Part shown: positions 1-7,749 of the stretch, in pieces
Layout of the letters: each line of letters starts with the position of its first letter
How positions within the stretch are numbered: position 1 is the stretch's first letter
Assembly: GCA_002369235.1 (NCBI GenBank)
Contig: DFFF01000024.1
Span: 6,586 to 70,585, forward strand
Direction: 5' to 3'
DNA length: 64,000 nt
Source of the DNA: Verrucomicrobia bacterium UBA3783
GTDB lineage: Bacteria; Verrucomicrobiota; Kiritimatiellia; RFP12; UBA1067
Translations under genes and position numbers: made by a program
Notes under the pieces: model-generated
Told to the model about the DNA's origin: nothing
The model's input: the letters and a program-made list of their open reading frames with translations, nothing else
Database searches by the model: none

Positions 1-208
1 CGTCCAGGACCGTAGAATCGGCGTTGATCGCGTTCATCTTGACTACGCTCTGCGCCTCGTACGCCGCCGCCGACCGGATCGACACGGCGATCACGAGCTG
101 CCCGAGCGTCAGATTCGAGCCGCCCTCCAGCCCGGTCGCGTACAGATTTATCGCCTCGCTCCCGCTGGGCGCGTATCGGTTGGTCGCGATCTCGATCGTC
201 GAAATCAT
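1..208 (-). CDS. Partial CDS (first 69 codons; C-terminus lies left of the window): small helical protein, third paralogue at the distal end of the T3SS translocon operon
   Basis: Minus-strand ATG at 206-208 with a GGAAGGGA Shine-Dalgarno upstream. My translation MISTIEIATNRYAPSGSEAINLYATGLEGGSNLTLGQLVIAVSIRSAAAYEAQSVVKMNAINADS stays open to nt 1. It is absent from the ORF track because no stop lies in the window. It sits 20 nt downstream of the 229-771 gene on the same strand. Confidence 0.5.
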   Translation of the reverse strand, partial: MISTIEIATNRYAPSGSEAINLYATGLEGGSNLTLGQLVIAVSIRSAAAYEAQSVVKMNAINADSTVLD

Positions 209-228
209 TTATGTCCCTTCCTTCTACC

Positions 229-771
229 TTACAGATTCCGGATGAGGTTGCCTCTCGTGTCGCTGATCGCGGTCATCAGATTGGTGGCCGTCGAGTACGA
301 CTCGTCGCGGCGGTCCACCAGCGACTGCAGGCGCGTCATGTCGGTCTGCGCCTGGTTGTTGAGTCCGTCGATCTTCGACTTGCACCGTTGTATCCACTCC
401 TCCACTTCGCGCTTGAGCATCTTGCGGTTGTCGAAATTGATGCCGCCGATAATGTTGGATAACGTATCGTAAGTGGAGTTGGCGATCGAAATACCGCTCC
501 TTTTGTCGCCCTTGGCGTCGCTGGCGAAATCGGCCTGGACTTTCGTCAAATCCGCCAGCGCCGACCCGAGCGCGTCGAGCTGGGTGTTGCGGTTGCGGAT
601 GCGCGTGGAAAGCGGCGCCACCTCGCCCTCCACCGTCACGGCGCGCTTTTCGGCTACCGCCACCATCAGATCCTGGAAATCCACCTGCTTGCCGTCGACC
701 TTGTAGTCGCAGAAATTCGCGCCCCACGTTTGGCTGAGCTGCACCGGTTCCTGTCGTTCGATTGCCGTCAT
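229..771 (-). CDS. Small helical secreted-type protein, putative T3SS filament/tip component (EspA/Bsp22/needle-like C-terminal helix), paralogue 2
   Basis: 180-aa ORF with AAGGAG 6 nt before the ATG at 771 and no TM segment. The C-terminus ...MTRLQSLVDRRDESYSTATNLMTAISDTRGNLIRNL resembles the C-terminal polymerisation helix of T3SS needle/filament proteins (recalled PrgI ...KDIDAAIIQNFR; EspA/Bsp22 size class). Operon context supports the call. Confidence 0.6.
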   Translation of the reverse strand: MTAIERQEPVQLSQTWGANFCDYKVDGKQVDFQDLMVAVAEKRAVTVEGEVAPLSTRIRNRNTQLDALGSALADLTKVQADFASDAKGDKRSGISIANSTYDTLSNIIGGINFDNRKMLKREVEEWIQRCKSKIDGLNNQAQTDMTRLQSLVDRRDESYSTATNLMTAISDTRGNLIRNL

Positions 772-788
772 GACCTGCTCCTTTCCTT

Positions 789-1349
789 TTAATCGCCGAT
801 ATTGCCGATCGTCTTCGACGCGGCCTTGTTGGCCTTGTCGACGATCCTCGCGGCCATCGAGTAGGCGTTGTCGCGCTTGGTGATGTACGACCTTAACGTG
901 ATCAGATCCTGCTGGAGGGTGTTGTCCTCCTTGTCGATCGCGTACTGCACGTTGGTCTGGGCGGTTTGCGCGTTCTTGAACGTGATCTTGTTGCCGTCCG
1001 TGAGGCTGAGCGAGAGGCCGTATTTCGCGCAGACGGACTGGGCCGTGACGAGCCGGCTGTCGCCGTCGCTCTTCTTGTCGGTGTTGTTGGACTTGGGGTC
1101 CATGGTGGATACGGCCTTGGCCAGAACCGCCAAAACGTCGCCGAGTTCGCTTACCTTCTTCTCCCTCTGGCGCACCACTTCCATATAAGCCGAGGCCGAC
1201 GCTTCGATGGCGACCGACTCCTTGAACGCCGCCGCCGCGATCGACGATCCGTAATCCTGCCCGGAAACGCCATCGACGGTGTAAGACATTTGCCTTACAC
1301 CGTAGACGGCTCCTCCCGCGATTTCGGTCGGTATTATCAGTTCTGCCAT
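789..1349 (-). CDS. Small helical secreted-type protein, putative T3SS filament/tip component, paralogue 1
   Basis: The ORF track gives 789-1355 from a GTG. The ATG at 1347-1349 has AGGAAAGG 8 nt upstream and is preferred (186 aa). The C-terminus ...LQQDLITLRSYITKRDNAYSMAARIVDKANKAASKTIGNIGD parallels that of the 229-771 protein. Confidence 0.6.
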   Translation of the reverse strand: MAELIIPTEIAGGAVYGVRQMSYTVDGVSGQDYGSSIAAAAFKESVAIEASASAYMEVVRQREKKVSELGDVLAVLAKAVSTMDPKSNNTDKKSDGDSRLVTAQSVCAKYGLSLSLTDGNKITFKNAQTAQTNVQYAIDKEDNTLQQDLITLRSYITKRDNAYSMAARIVDKANKAASKTIGNIGD

Positions 1350-1364
1350 CGGCACCGCCTTTCC

Positions 1365-3167
1365 TTACGCCTGGATCGCGTCGCGGATCGAGGCGGTTTC
1401 CGCCTGCAGCACGGCCTGCATCAGCTGCACCACGGCGTCGATCACCTTCTGGTCCTGCGCGAACAGGTCCTTGGTCTGGTCGAGCATTTCGTTCTCGCGC
1501 TGCTGTTCGGCGCCCTCGCGGGTCGCCTCCGCCTGCTGGAGCGCGGAAAGGTTCTGGCTCATCGACTGGAGCGTGCCGCCGATCGCCTGGACGATTCCGT
1601 TCATGCCCATCAGGTACTGGATGCGCAATCCCGCCTGCTTGTAGTCCTCGCTCGAGTTGAGACGTTGCAGCGAGAGGTCGTTCTCCGCCTTGGCGGCGCT
1701 AACGAGCTGCTTCTGCTCGGCAGGCGAGAGGAGCCCCGGCTCGGAAAGCGCCTTGGCCTCGAGCGCCCGGGCCATCATCATCTCGTTCTTGGCGGTCTTG
1801 ACTTCGGCGGCAAGCGTAGACTTGCTCACGCCCTCCGGCGGGTTTTTCTGGCGGTCGAGCGCCACTTGGTACTTCTCTGCGTACTCGTCGCCCACGCTCT
1901 TGAGCGTCGTGATGTAGTCGTTCTTTGCCTTCGCGAGGTCGGCCTTGGCGGTGTCGATGGCCGACTTGGCGAGGGTAACGTCGTTCTGGGCGTTGGCCAC
2001 GTTGCCCTGCGCGTCTGCGACCTCGAGCTTGGCGTTGGCGAGCCGCGTCTCGAACGGCTGGAGCGTCTGCTTCGCCTCGTCAAGCGTGGCCTTGGCCTGC
2101 ACGGTGGCGTTGTCGAGTTCCGTGAGCCGCTCCTGCGACGGCGATCTGCCCGCGCTCATCTCCTCGCGGATGTACCTCTGCTTGGCTCCTACTGCCTGGT
2201 CGAACGCCGCCTGCTTGTCGGCGAGACCAACCTCGGCGGCCTTGGCGTCGTACGCCTGCTGGGCGGTGTTCTGGACGCCGACTTTCTCGCCATGCACGGC
2301 TCTGGCGCCTTCGAGATTGAGGTTCTTGGCCTCGAGCGTCAGCTTGGCGGCCTCCAGCTTCTGGGTCGCCTCGTCGAACTTGCCCTTGAGACTGCCCGCC
2401 TCGCCGCCGTTGACCTTGGTGTTGAACTCGTTCATGACCCGGTTGGACGTCTCCCCGCCCACCTTGTTCTGGATTGTCGCCAGCTGCTGGTCGGCGTGGA
2501 TCGTCGTATCGCTCATCTTGAGCATGTCCACCTTGGTGCTCGTGACTTCGAGTCCGGCGTTGTTCGCGAGATTCGACTGCTTGGTGGCGGCGCTCGATTG
2601 GCCTACCATCATGCCGAGCGAGATGCCCGCGGAGATGAGCCCGCAGGTCACGCCGACGACCAGCCCCAGCCACGCCGCGTCGCGCTGCTGGTCGGCCTGG
2701 TTCTGGATCGCCTTCTGGATGAGCTGGTTCTCGGTGTTGCGCATCTCGCGCTGCGCGTCGCGCTGCTTCTGCGCCACCTCGACCATCAGCTTCATGAGGG
2801 CGTAGAGGTCGAACATCGTGTTGCCCTTGGAGTTCGCCTTGACGTCGGCGAGCGCCTTGGTCGCCGCGGAATACACCTGGGCGGCGGCATCCTTGAAGGC
2901 GGCGACCTCTTCGGGCGTCATTTCGAGCCCAAGGCCCGCCAACTTGGCGACGAGCGAGTCGAGCGCGGCGGAATCGGCCGTCGCCGGCAGCTCCAGGTCG
3001 TCAGGAACCATGGTTACGGTCCGTGCAGACTCGCCCTCGCCGATGGTGATGGTGAGAGCGTCCTTGCCCTCCGCGGTCGTGGTCTTCTGGACGTCGCCGA
3101 CCGAAGCGAGGACCGTCTCCCACATCTTCATCGCGTCGACGGGATTGTTGTTTACTTGCATGCTCAT
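1365..3167 (-). CDS. T3SS translocator, second hydrophobic translocator (YopD/PopD/IpaC position), unusually long at 600 aa
   Basis: GGGAGGTG RBS. The sequence is Ala/Gln/Lys/Glu-rich and coiled-coil-prone, with one central hydrophobic segment (AAWLGLVVGVTCGLISAGISLGMMVG) and an amphipathic C-terminal helix. It follows the chaperone and first translocator, as in lcrH-yopB-yopD. Confidence 0.65.
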   Translation of the reverse strand: MSMQVNNNPVDAMKMWETVLASVGDVQKTTTAEGKDALTITIGEGESARTVTMVPDDLELPATADSAALDSLVAKLAGLGLEMTPEEVAAFKDAAAQVYSAATKALADVKANSKGNTMFDLYALMKLMVEVAQKQRDAQREMRNTENQLIQKAIQNQADQQRDAAWLGLVVGVTCGLISAGISLGMMVGQSSAATKQSNLANNAGLEVTSTKVDMLKMSDTTIHADQQLATIQNKVGGETSNRVMNEFNTKVNGGEAGSLKGKFDEATQKLEAAKLTLEAKNLNLEGARAVHGEKVGVQNTAQQAYDAKAAEVGLADKQAAFDQAVGAKQRYIREEMSAGRSPSQERLTELDNATVQAKATLDEAKQTLQPFETRLANAKLEVADAQGNVANAQNDVTLAKSAIDTAKADLAKAKNDYITTLKSVGDEYAEKYQVALDRQKNPPEGVSKSTLAAEVKTAKNEMMMARALEAKALSEPGLLSPAEQKQLVSAAKAENDLSLQRLNSSEDYKQAGLRIQYLMGMNGIVQAIGGTLQSMSQNLSALQQAEATREGAEQQRENEMLDQTKDLFAQDQKVIDAVVQLMQAVLQAETASIRDAIQA

Positions 3168-3186
3168 TTCACACCTCCCGTTCCTT

Positions 3187-4245
3187 TTAGGCCATCTGGC
3201 CGATGTTGTAGGCGATTTCCGCGCTCTGGTCGGTCGCGGACGAGATCAGGTCGGCGATGCCGCCGATGGCGCTCTGGATCTGCTCGATGATGATCTGCAA
3301 TTCCTCCTCGCTCTCCTCGAGCCGCTGCTGGAGCATCGCGATGAACTTCTGGAGCTCCGAAACGTCGGCCTTGGCGTCTTCCGAGCGATAGGTGAATGCC
3401 GAGGTTGCCGCGCCCGAAGCGAGCCCGCCCACGCCAACCGCGGTATTGGCGATCGTCGAGATGTTCTGCACCGTCTTCATCGTGGCGGAGACCGTGTCCG
3501 CCACCGCCTTGGCCGCGCCGACGGCCGATCCGATCGAACAGCCGAGCTGCGCCACCATGATCGAAATGTTGATGATGAGCGAGGCCGCCAGCTGCGCCTG
3601 CGACTTGCTCATGCCGTACTTTTCCTGCAGATGCTCCGACAGCTTGGTGGTCAGCGCCTCCATCGCGCCAGTCTCGTTCATGATGAGCGCCGAAACCGCC
3701 AGCGCCGCGCCCGCGATGGCGAATCCCGCCGCCGCGCCGCCGGTCACGATCGTAACGACTACCGCCGCGACCACCGCCGCGATTGCGCCGAGCCAGCCGA
3801 AGATCCGGCTCGCCAGCCGCGACTTTTCGGCGTCCTCCATCTTCTTGAACGACTTTTCGAGCTCCTTCATGCGGCCCTGGTGCTCGGTCTCGAGATTGTC
3901 CTTCTGGATCTCGATGCGCTCCTTGGCCATCTGCGTCTGGCGCTCTTCGTTATCGAGCTGCAGATAGGCGAGGAGCTTCTCGAGATTGGCCTCGAGCTGC
4001 TTGACGTCGCCGGGATTGTCGAGCGCGGGCACGTTGGTGGCGCCCGTCGTCTTTTTCTCCCCGACTCCCGTAACCGAAGTGTCGTCGCTGCGCGTGACCT
4101 TGACATTGGCCCCGGCCAGGATTTCCAGCGCCTTGCCGACAATCTCGTTGGCCTTGGTCGAATCGCCCGCGATCTTCGCCGCCTGTTCGAACGCCGGATT
4201 CTGGATTTGCGTCCGGGTCGTGTTGATGTTGATTTCGTTTGCCAT
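3187..4245 (-). CDS. T3SS major hydrophobic translocator (YopB/PopB/EspD/SseC-like architecture)
   Basis: 352 aa with a GGAGGG RBS. It has a TM hairpin (IFGWLGAIAAVVAAVVVTIVTGG / AAAGFAIAGAALAVSALIM), a third hydrophobic stretch, and flanking coiled coils including a C-terminal ELQKFIAMLQQRLEESEEELQIIIEQIQ. It lies immediately downstream of the class II chaperone. Confidence 0.7.
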   Translation of the reverse strand: MANEININTTRTQIQNPAFEQAAKIAGDSTKANEIVGKALEILAGANVKVTRSDDTSVTGVGEKKTTGATNVPALDNPGDVKQLEANLEKLLAYLQLDNEERQTQMAKERIEIQKDNLETEHQGRMKELEKSFKKMEDAEKSRLASRIFGWLGAIAAVVAAVVVTIVTGGAAAGFAIAGAALAVSALIMNETGAMEALTTKLSEHLQEKYGMSKSQAQLAASLIINISIMVAQLGCSIGSAVGAAKAVADTVSATMKTVQNISTIANTAVGVGGLASGAATSAFTYRSEDAKADVSELQKFIAMLQQRLEESEEELQIIIEQIQSAIGGIADLISSATDQSAEIAYNIGQMA

Positions 4246-4290
4246 GGTGTTTCCCTCCTTCGCCCTGTATACACGCGAACCGGAAAAAGG

Positions 4291-4800
4291 TTACGCCTTT
4301 TTTTCGTCTTCCTTGGCAAGCGCCTCGAACGCCTCCTCGCCGATGGCCTCGCGGAGCTTCGCGGCCTTGGCGCGATACTCGCGGCCGACCTCGGTGCCGG
4401 CGGGGCAATACGCCTCGAGGGCGTAGATCGCACTGGCGGCGCTGCGCTTGTCGCCCAGCGCGAGGAAGCACTCCGCCGCGTGGAGCTGCGGCTTGGGATT
4501 CTCGAGATTCAAGAACGAGCAGTAGCCGTAGGATACGGTTGCGTTCTGGAAATCCTTGAGCGCCTGCTGCACCGCTCCGAGCCCGAACCAGAACTTCGCG
4601 TTCAGGTGGTCGAAGAGCACGAGGAACTGGAACAATTTGTGCGCTTCTTCGAACTTGCCAGTCTGGTAGTAGCCGAACGCCAGCGAATAGACGGCTTCGA
4701 GTTCGTCGTTGGTCACGCCTTTGAGCTGCTTGAGCGTCGCCTGGTCCTGAATGAGCGTTTTGACGTTCTCCGCAATCTTGGCCGTATCGATCTTCTGCAT
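4291..4800 (-). CDS. lcrH: Class II type III secretion chaperone, LcrH/SycD/IpgC/SicA (TPR) family
   Basis: 169 aa from the ATG at 4798-4800 (AAGGAG RBS); the ORF-track extension to 4914 is Arg/Pro-rich and unlikely. LEAVYSLAFGYYQTGKFEEAHKLFQFLVLFDHLNAKFWFGLGAVQQALKDFQNATVSYGYCSFLNLENPKPQLHAAECFLALGDK matches, position for position, my recollection of Yersinia LcrH (LEQLYSLAFNQYQSGKYEDAHKVFQALCVLDHYDSRFFLGLGACRQAMGQYDLAIHSYSYGAIMDIKEPRFPFHAAECLLQKGE). Confidence 0.9.
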   Translation of the reverse strand: MQKIDTAKIAENVKTLIQDQATLKQLKGVTNDELEAVYSLAFGYYQTGKFEEAHKLFQFLVLFDHLNAKFWFGLGAVQQALKDFQNATVSYGYCSFLNLENPKPQLHAAECFLALGDKRSAASAIYALEAYCPAGTEVGREYRAKAAKLREAIGEEAFEALAKEDEKKA

Positions 4801-4832
4801 GGTTGGTTCTCCTTGGATTGTTGTTTGAAATT

Positions 4833-5645
4833 TCACCCTTCGACCTTCATCTGGGTCTCGTCGAGCGCCTGGCGGATCTGGGCGTCGATCTTGTCCAGCG
4901 ACTCGCGGATGCACTTGGCGATGTCGGTTGCCTCGATCTTCGCTTCGGCTTTCTTGCGCTCGGCGTCGCTTTCGGGACGTTCGACTTCAGGATTGTATTC
5001 GCTGGCGGCCGCACGCAACGCCGCCGAAACCTCGCTTAGCGTGACCGCGCCGATCGTATCGGTGCACTTGGCGATCTTGCCGTCGACCTCGGCGATCTTC
5101 GCGGCCGTCGAATCGATCGCGACGTTTATCTGATCGAGCTTCGCCTGCTCCTCGGCCCGCTGCGCCTTGAGCTTGGCCACCTGCTCGCGATGGTCGGCGC
5201 CATCCTCCACGGCCTGTTCGATCTGCTTTTCGAGCGCGGCGATCTGCTCGTCGAGCAAGGCGATACGCCCTTCGCCGGCCGTCTTGGCAGCGTTCAAATC
5301 GACCAGCCCCCGATCCAGCTCCGCCTTCTCGGCGTTGAGGGTCTCGATATCCAAAATCGCATTGCGCTGGGCTTCGGTGATGCGGTTGTTCATCGAGTCG
5401 AGCACCGTCTGCAGAATGGAGATCCGGCGCTGGGAGACGGACATCTTCGCGTTTTCGTTCTCGTTCTTGAGCATTGCGACTAGTTTTTCGAGGTCGGTCA
5501 TCGCGCCGTCGGTGACGGTCAGGGATTTGCCGCCCAGAATGGGCGCCTGCGTCTTCTGCGTCTGTGCATCCGCGAGCGTGAGGCCTACGCCCTGCTCGGC
5601 GATCTGCTGACCTTGTATCTTGCTGGTTACGCTTTCAATTGCCAT
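4833..5645 (-). CDS. Coiled-coil protein at the LcrV/PcrV (tip-protein) position of the translocon operon; function inferred from synteny only
   Basis: 270-aa ORF with an AAAGGAAC RBS. Long heptad-like stretches are present (AEKAELDRGLVDLNAAKTAGEGRIALLDEQIAALEKQIEQAVEDG...) and there is no TM segment. It sits between the LcrG-like gene and the chaperone. Confidence 0.55.
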   Translation of the reverse strand: MAIESVTSKIQGQQIAEQGVGLTLADAQTQKTQAPILGGKSLTVTDGAMTDLEKLVAMLKNENENAKMSVSQRRISILQTVLDSMNNRITEAQRNAILDIETLNAEKAELDRGLVDLNAAKTAGEGRIALLDEQIAALEKQIEQAVEDGADHREQVAKLKAQRAEEQAKLDQINVAIDSTAAKIAEVDGKIAKCTDTIGAVTLSEVSAALRAAASEYNPEVERPESDAERKKAEAKIEATDIAKCIRESLDKIDAQIRQALDETQMKVEG

Positions 5646-5678
5646 GTTGGTGTTCCTTTCTTCCGCCTTGTATACACC

Positions 5679-6059
5679 TCAGATCTGAAAAGGTTTCATC
5701 ATCATGCCAAATTTTCTCTGCCGGTATGCAACTTCGTCGTCCATCCCGGAGGCGGGTTCGAGATTCACCGTGCGTGGCGTTTCGAAGGCGTGCGCGTCTC
5801 CCGCGCGCGCACGCTCCAATTCATCCCAGCGCTCCAGCGGATCGAGTCCGCGACGCTTCAACTCCGCGTCCACGGCCTCCAGCTGCGCCTCGGTGAAGTG
5901 CATACTCATCACCTGTTCGCGCGTAAGACCCTGTTTTTCCAGCATTCTGTCGGTCTCCGCCATGCGCAATTGCGCCTGCGAGACAACACTCTTGCTGTCC
6001 GCAATCGTCTTGCGGATTCGCGCTAGATATGACTGAATATCTTTTTCGTCTCCGTTCAT
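5679..6059 (-). CDS. Small T3SS-associated protein, LcrG/PcrG-like (tentative)
   Basis: 126 aa and first gene of the operon. TIADSK...QGLTREQVMSMHF...RKFGMMMKPFQI resembles recalled LcrG (AIADSD...IGLTPEAVMKIF...KPTMMRGQII). The gene order matches lcrG-lcrV-lcrH-yopB-yopD. Confidence 0.45.
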   Translation of the reverse strand: MNGDEKDIQSYLARIRKTIADSKSVVSQAQLRMAETDRMLEKQGLTREQVMSMHFTEAQLEAVDAELKRRGLDPLERWDELERARAGDAHAFETPRTVNLEPASGMDDEVAYRQRKFGMMMKPFQI

Positions 6060-6087
6060 ACTCTAGTATTCTGCCATTTTCACTATG

Positions 6088-6096
6088 ATTATATCA
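6088..6096 (-). promoter_or_regulatory. Extended -10 promoter element TGATATAAT (A-tract upstream) for the T3SS translocon operon
   Basis: The minus strand reads AAAAAATGATATAATC about 29 nt upstream of the ATG at 6059. The same A/T-run + TGnTATAAT motif recurs upstream of at least eight other transcription units in this window. Confidence 0.5.
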
Positions 6097-6191
6097 TTTT
6101 TTCGTCTGTCTGTCTACTGGAAATGAAATTTTTCCGCTTTCCGCCAGAGAGAAGGGAGGTGGGCAAAAGTATGAGAGAAGCGGCAGGGCGC

Positions 6192-7208
6192 TTATGCCCT
6201 ATTCAGAGCAACTTCCCTGATGGCGTTTTCCCAGTTATCTAAAATGTGTTCGCGGGAATAGTGCTCCGCGCAAAATTCCCGCGCTCGCTCGCCCAGCCGC
6301 CGACGCAACTCCGCATCCGCCATCAGCCGCTTCAGTCCATCCGCATACGCGCCGACCGTCGGCGGCGTCACGATTCCGCCGCCCGACGCGGCGGTGCCGA
6401 TCCAGTCCTCGACCATCACGCACGGCTTCCCGAACGCCGCCGCATCGGCAATGACGAGTCCAAAGCCCTCGTCGAGCGACGGAAACGCCACAAATGCGCA
6501 CTGCGCGTATTCACTTGCCATGTCATTCGAATATCCGGCGAATTCAATCCGGCCTTCGGTGCCTGCCACACTGGTAGGGCGGCATGCCCCCATGCCGCCG
6601 CATGCCGCCGCGAGACGCCTGCATTCGTCGGCATACGATCCTTCAGCACGACCGAGCAAGCGCAGTTTCCAATCGGGGAAATCGTTGGCAACCACGCCGA
6701 ATGCCCTTATCAGCAGAGACTGGTTCTTTCCCTTCGCAAACGCCGCCGGATAAATTATCGTCTTTTTCCATTCCCCGTTCCCCATTCCCGCATTCCCATA
6801 CGCGCTCCAATTGCCGATGATATGCACTTTTGCGCCGTATTTCGCAACTTGCGGCGCAAAGCGTTCGTTCAACACCTGGATGGCGCTCACATGGCGCAAC
6901 GCCCGCCTTATCTTCCAGTTCCGCACCAGCCGCTTCCACTTGAACTGGCTTTGCGGGTTCGTGTGGAACTGCTGGATGACGGGCCATGGCAGGGCGGCAT
7001 GACCCCATGCCGCCGTAATGTCCAAGAGTTCGTTTGTGCCGGTGGAGATTACAACATCCCACGGCTCCTTGATGCGCTTCTCGAAATCCTTCTTTTCGAA
7101 AAGAACGGCATCGTGCCCGCGTTCGCGCAAGCCCTCCGCAAGCGCGATTACCGCCTTGTCAGCCCCGCGCATGTTCGCAAGCGTATCCTTGTATATCCCG
7201 ATTCTCAT
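6192..7208 (-). CDS. Glycosyltransferase, GT-B fold, family 1/4
   Basis: 338 aa. The C-terminal signature EGFGLVIADAAAFGKPCVMVEDW and the N-terminal MRIGIY...ADKAVIALAEGLRERGHD are typical of GT4 enzymes. Confidence 0.8.
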   Translation of the reverse strand: MRIGIYKDTLANMRGADKAVIALAEGLRERGHDAVLFEKKDFEKRIKEPWDVVISTGTNELLDITAAWGHAALPWPVIQQFHTNPQSQFKWKRLVRNWKIRRALRHVSAIQVLNERFAPQVAKYGAKVHIIGNWSAYGNAGMGNGEWKKTIIYPAAFAKGKNQSLLIRAFGVVANDFPDWKLRLLGRAEGSYADECRRLAAACGGMGACRPTSVAGTEGRIEFAGYSNDMASEYAQCAFVAFPSLDEGFGLVIADAAAFGKPCVMVEDWIGTAASGGGIVTPPTVGAYADGLKRLMADAELRRRLGERAREFCAEHYSREHILDNWENAIREVALNRA

Positions 7209-7239
7209 TATGCGGACTCTGAATCCCCGCCGTGTATAT

Positions 7240-7749
7240 TCACTTCTTGATTCGCTTTGTGCGTGTAATTTTTCCGCCTATTCTGGCAAGGAGCCCCGTC
7301 TGCTCCGGGCTGCCGTCCTTCTTGGTCTGAAGCGCTTCCATATCGCTTACCATTGCACGCAATTTTGCATAAGCCTCGATTATGGCAAGCGTGGCCCGCG
7401 TGGCAACCGCACCTTTCAGTATCGTCGCAAGCATGTACAAACCCCGCTCGGTGAATGCGTATGGCGCATGACGCACACCCATCTTTACTCGCTGCTTCTC
7501 GTCATCCGGCAAATTGGAAGTCAAAATTTTTGATCTCCAATCTCTGAACTCGTCATTGCTCAGTTGGATGACATACCCTTCCGGGAACTTGTCAGGATTG
7601 TTGCGCACGGCCTGATTTATCTCACGTGTCTCGACTTGATACGCCGCAGCGACATCCCGGTCGAGCAATACGGCTTGATTGCGCAGGACTAGCATGCGCG
7701 ATTTGATGTCGCTAGGATCGATCGGCTCTATATTGCACTTGTTTCTCAT
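7240..7749 (-). CDS. ORF6N-domain (KilA-N-related, phage/mobile-element-associated DNA-binding) protein
   Basis: 169 aa from the ATG at 7747-7749; the ORF-track extension to 8082 runs inside the aminotransferase gene. IKSRMLVLRNQAVLLDRDVAAAYQVETREINQAVRNNPDKFPEGYVIQLSNDEF...APYAFTERGLYMLATILK matches the ORF6N domain pattern. The region is locally AT-richer. Confidence 0.65.
   Translation of the reverse strand: MRNKCNIEPIDPSDIKSRMLVLRNQAVLLDRDVAAAYQVETREINQAVRNNPDKFPEGYVIQLSNDEFRDWRSKILTSNLPDDEKQRVKMGVRHAPYAFTERGLYMLATILKGAVATRATLAIIEAYAKLRAMVSDMEALQTKKDGSPEQTGLLARIGGKITRTKRIKK

Noticed and set aside
24-727. Overlapping ORFs at the left edge (24-245 +, 211-462 +, 224-727 -)
   Set aside because: They are out of frame or antisense to the RBS-supported minus-strand genes at 1-208 and 229-771, and their translations are Arg/Gly-rich.
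4801-4914. 5' extensions of ORF-track models (for example 4801-4914, 7750-8082, 8900-9103, 9733-9819, 16864-16896, 26432-26650, 47194-47991, 52637-52843, 58997-59329)
   Set aside because: The internal ATG or GTG codons have Shine-Dalgarno sequences or ATGA/GTGA coupling. The extensions overlap upstream genes or the tRNA and encode Arg/Pro-rich sequence.
966-5133. Very long plus-strand ORFs (966-3290, 774 aa; 2818-5133, 771 aa) opposite the T3SS genes
   Set aside because: Their composition is Arg/Gly/His/Leu-rich and low-complexity, typical of antisense shadow ORFs in high-GC DNA. They have no RBS and no recognisable domains, whereas the minus-strand genes have RBSs and family signatures.
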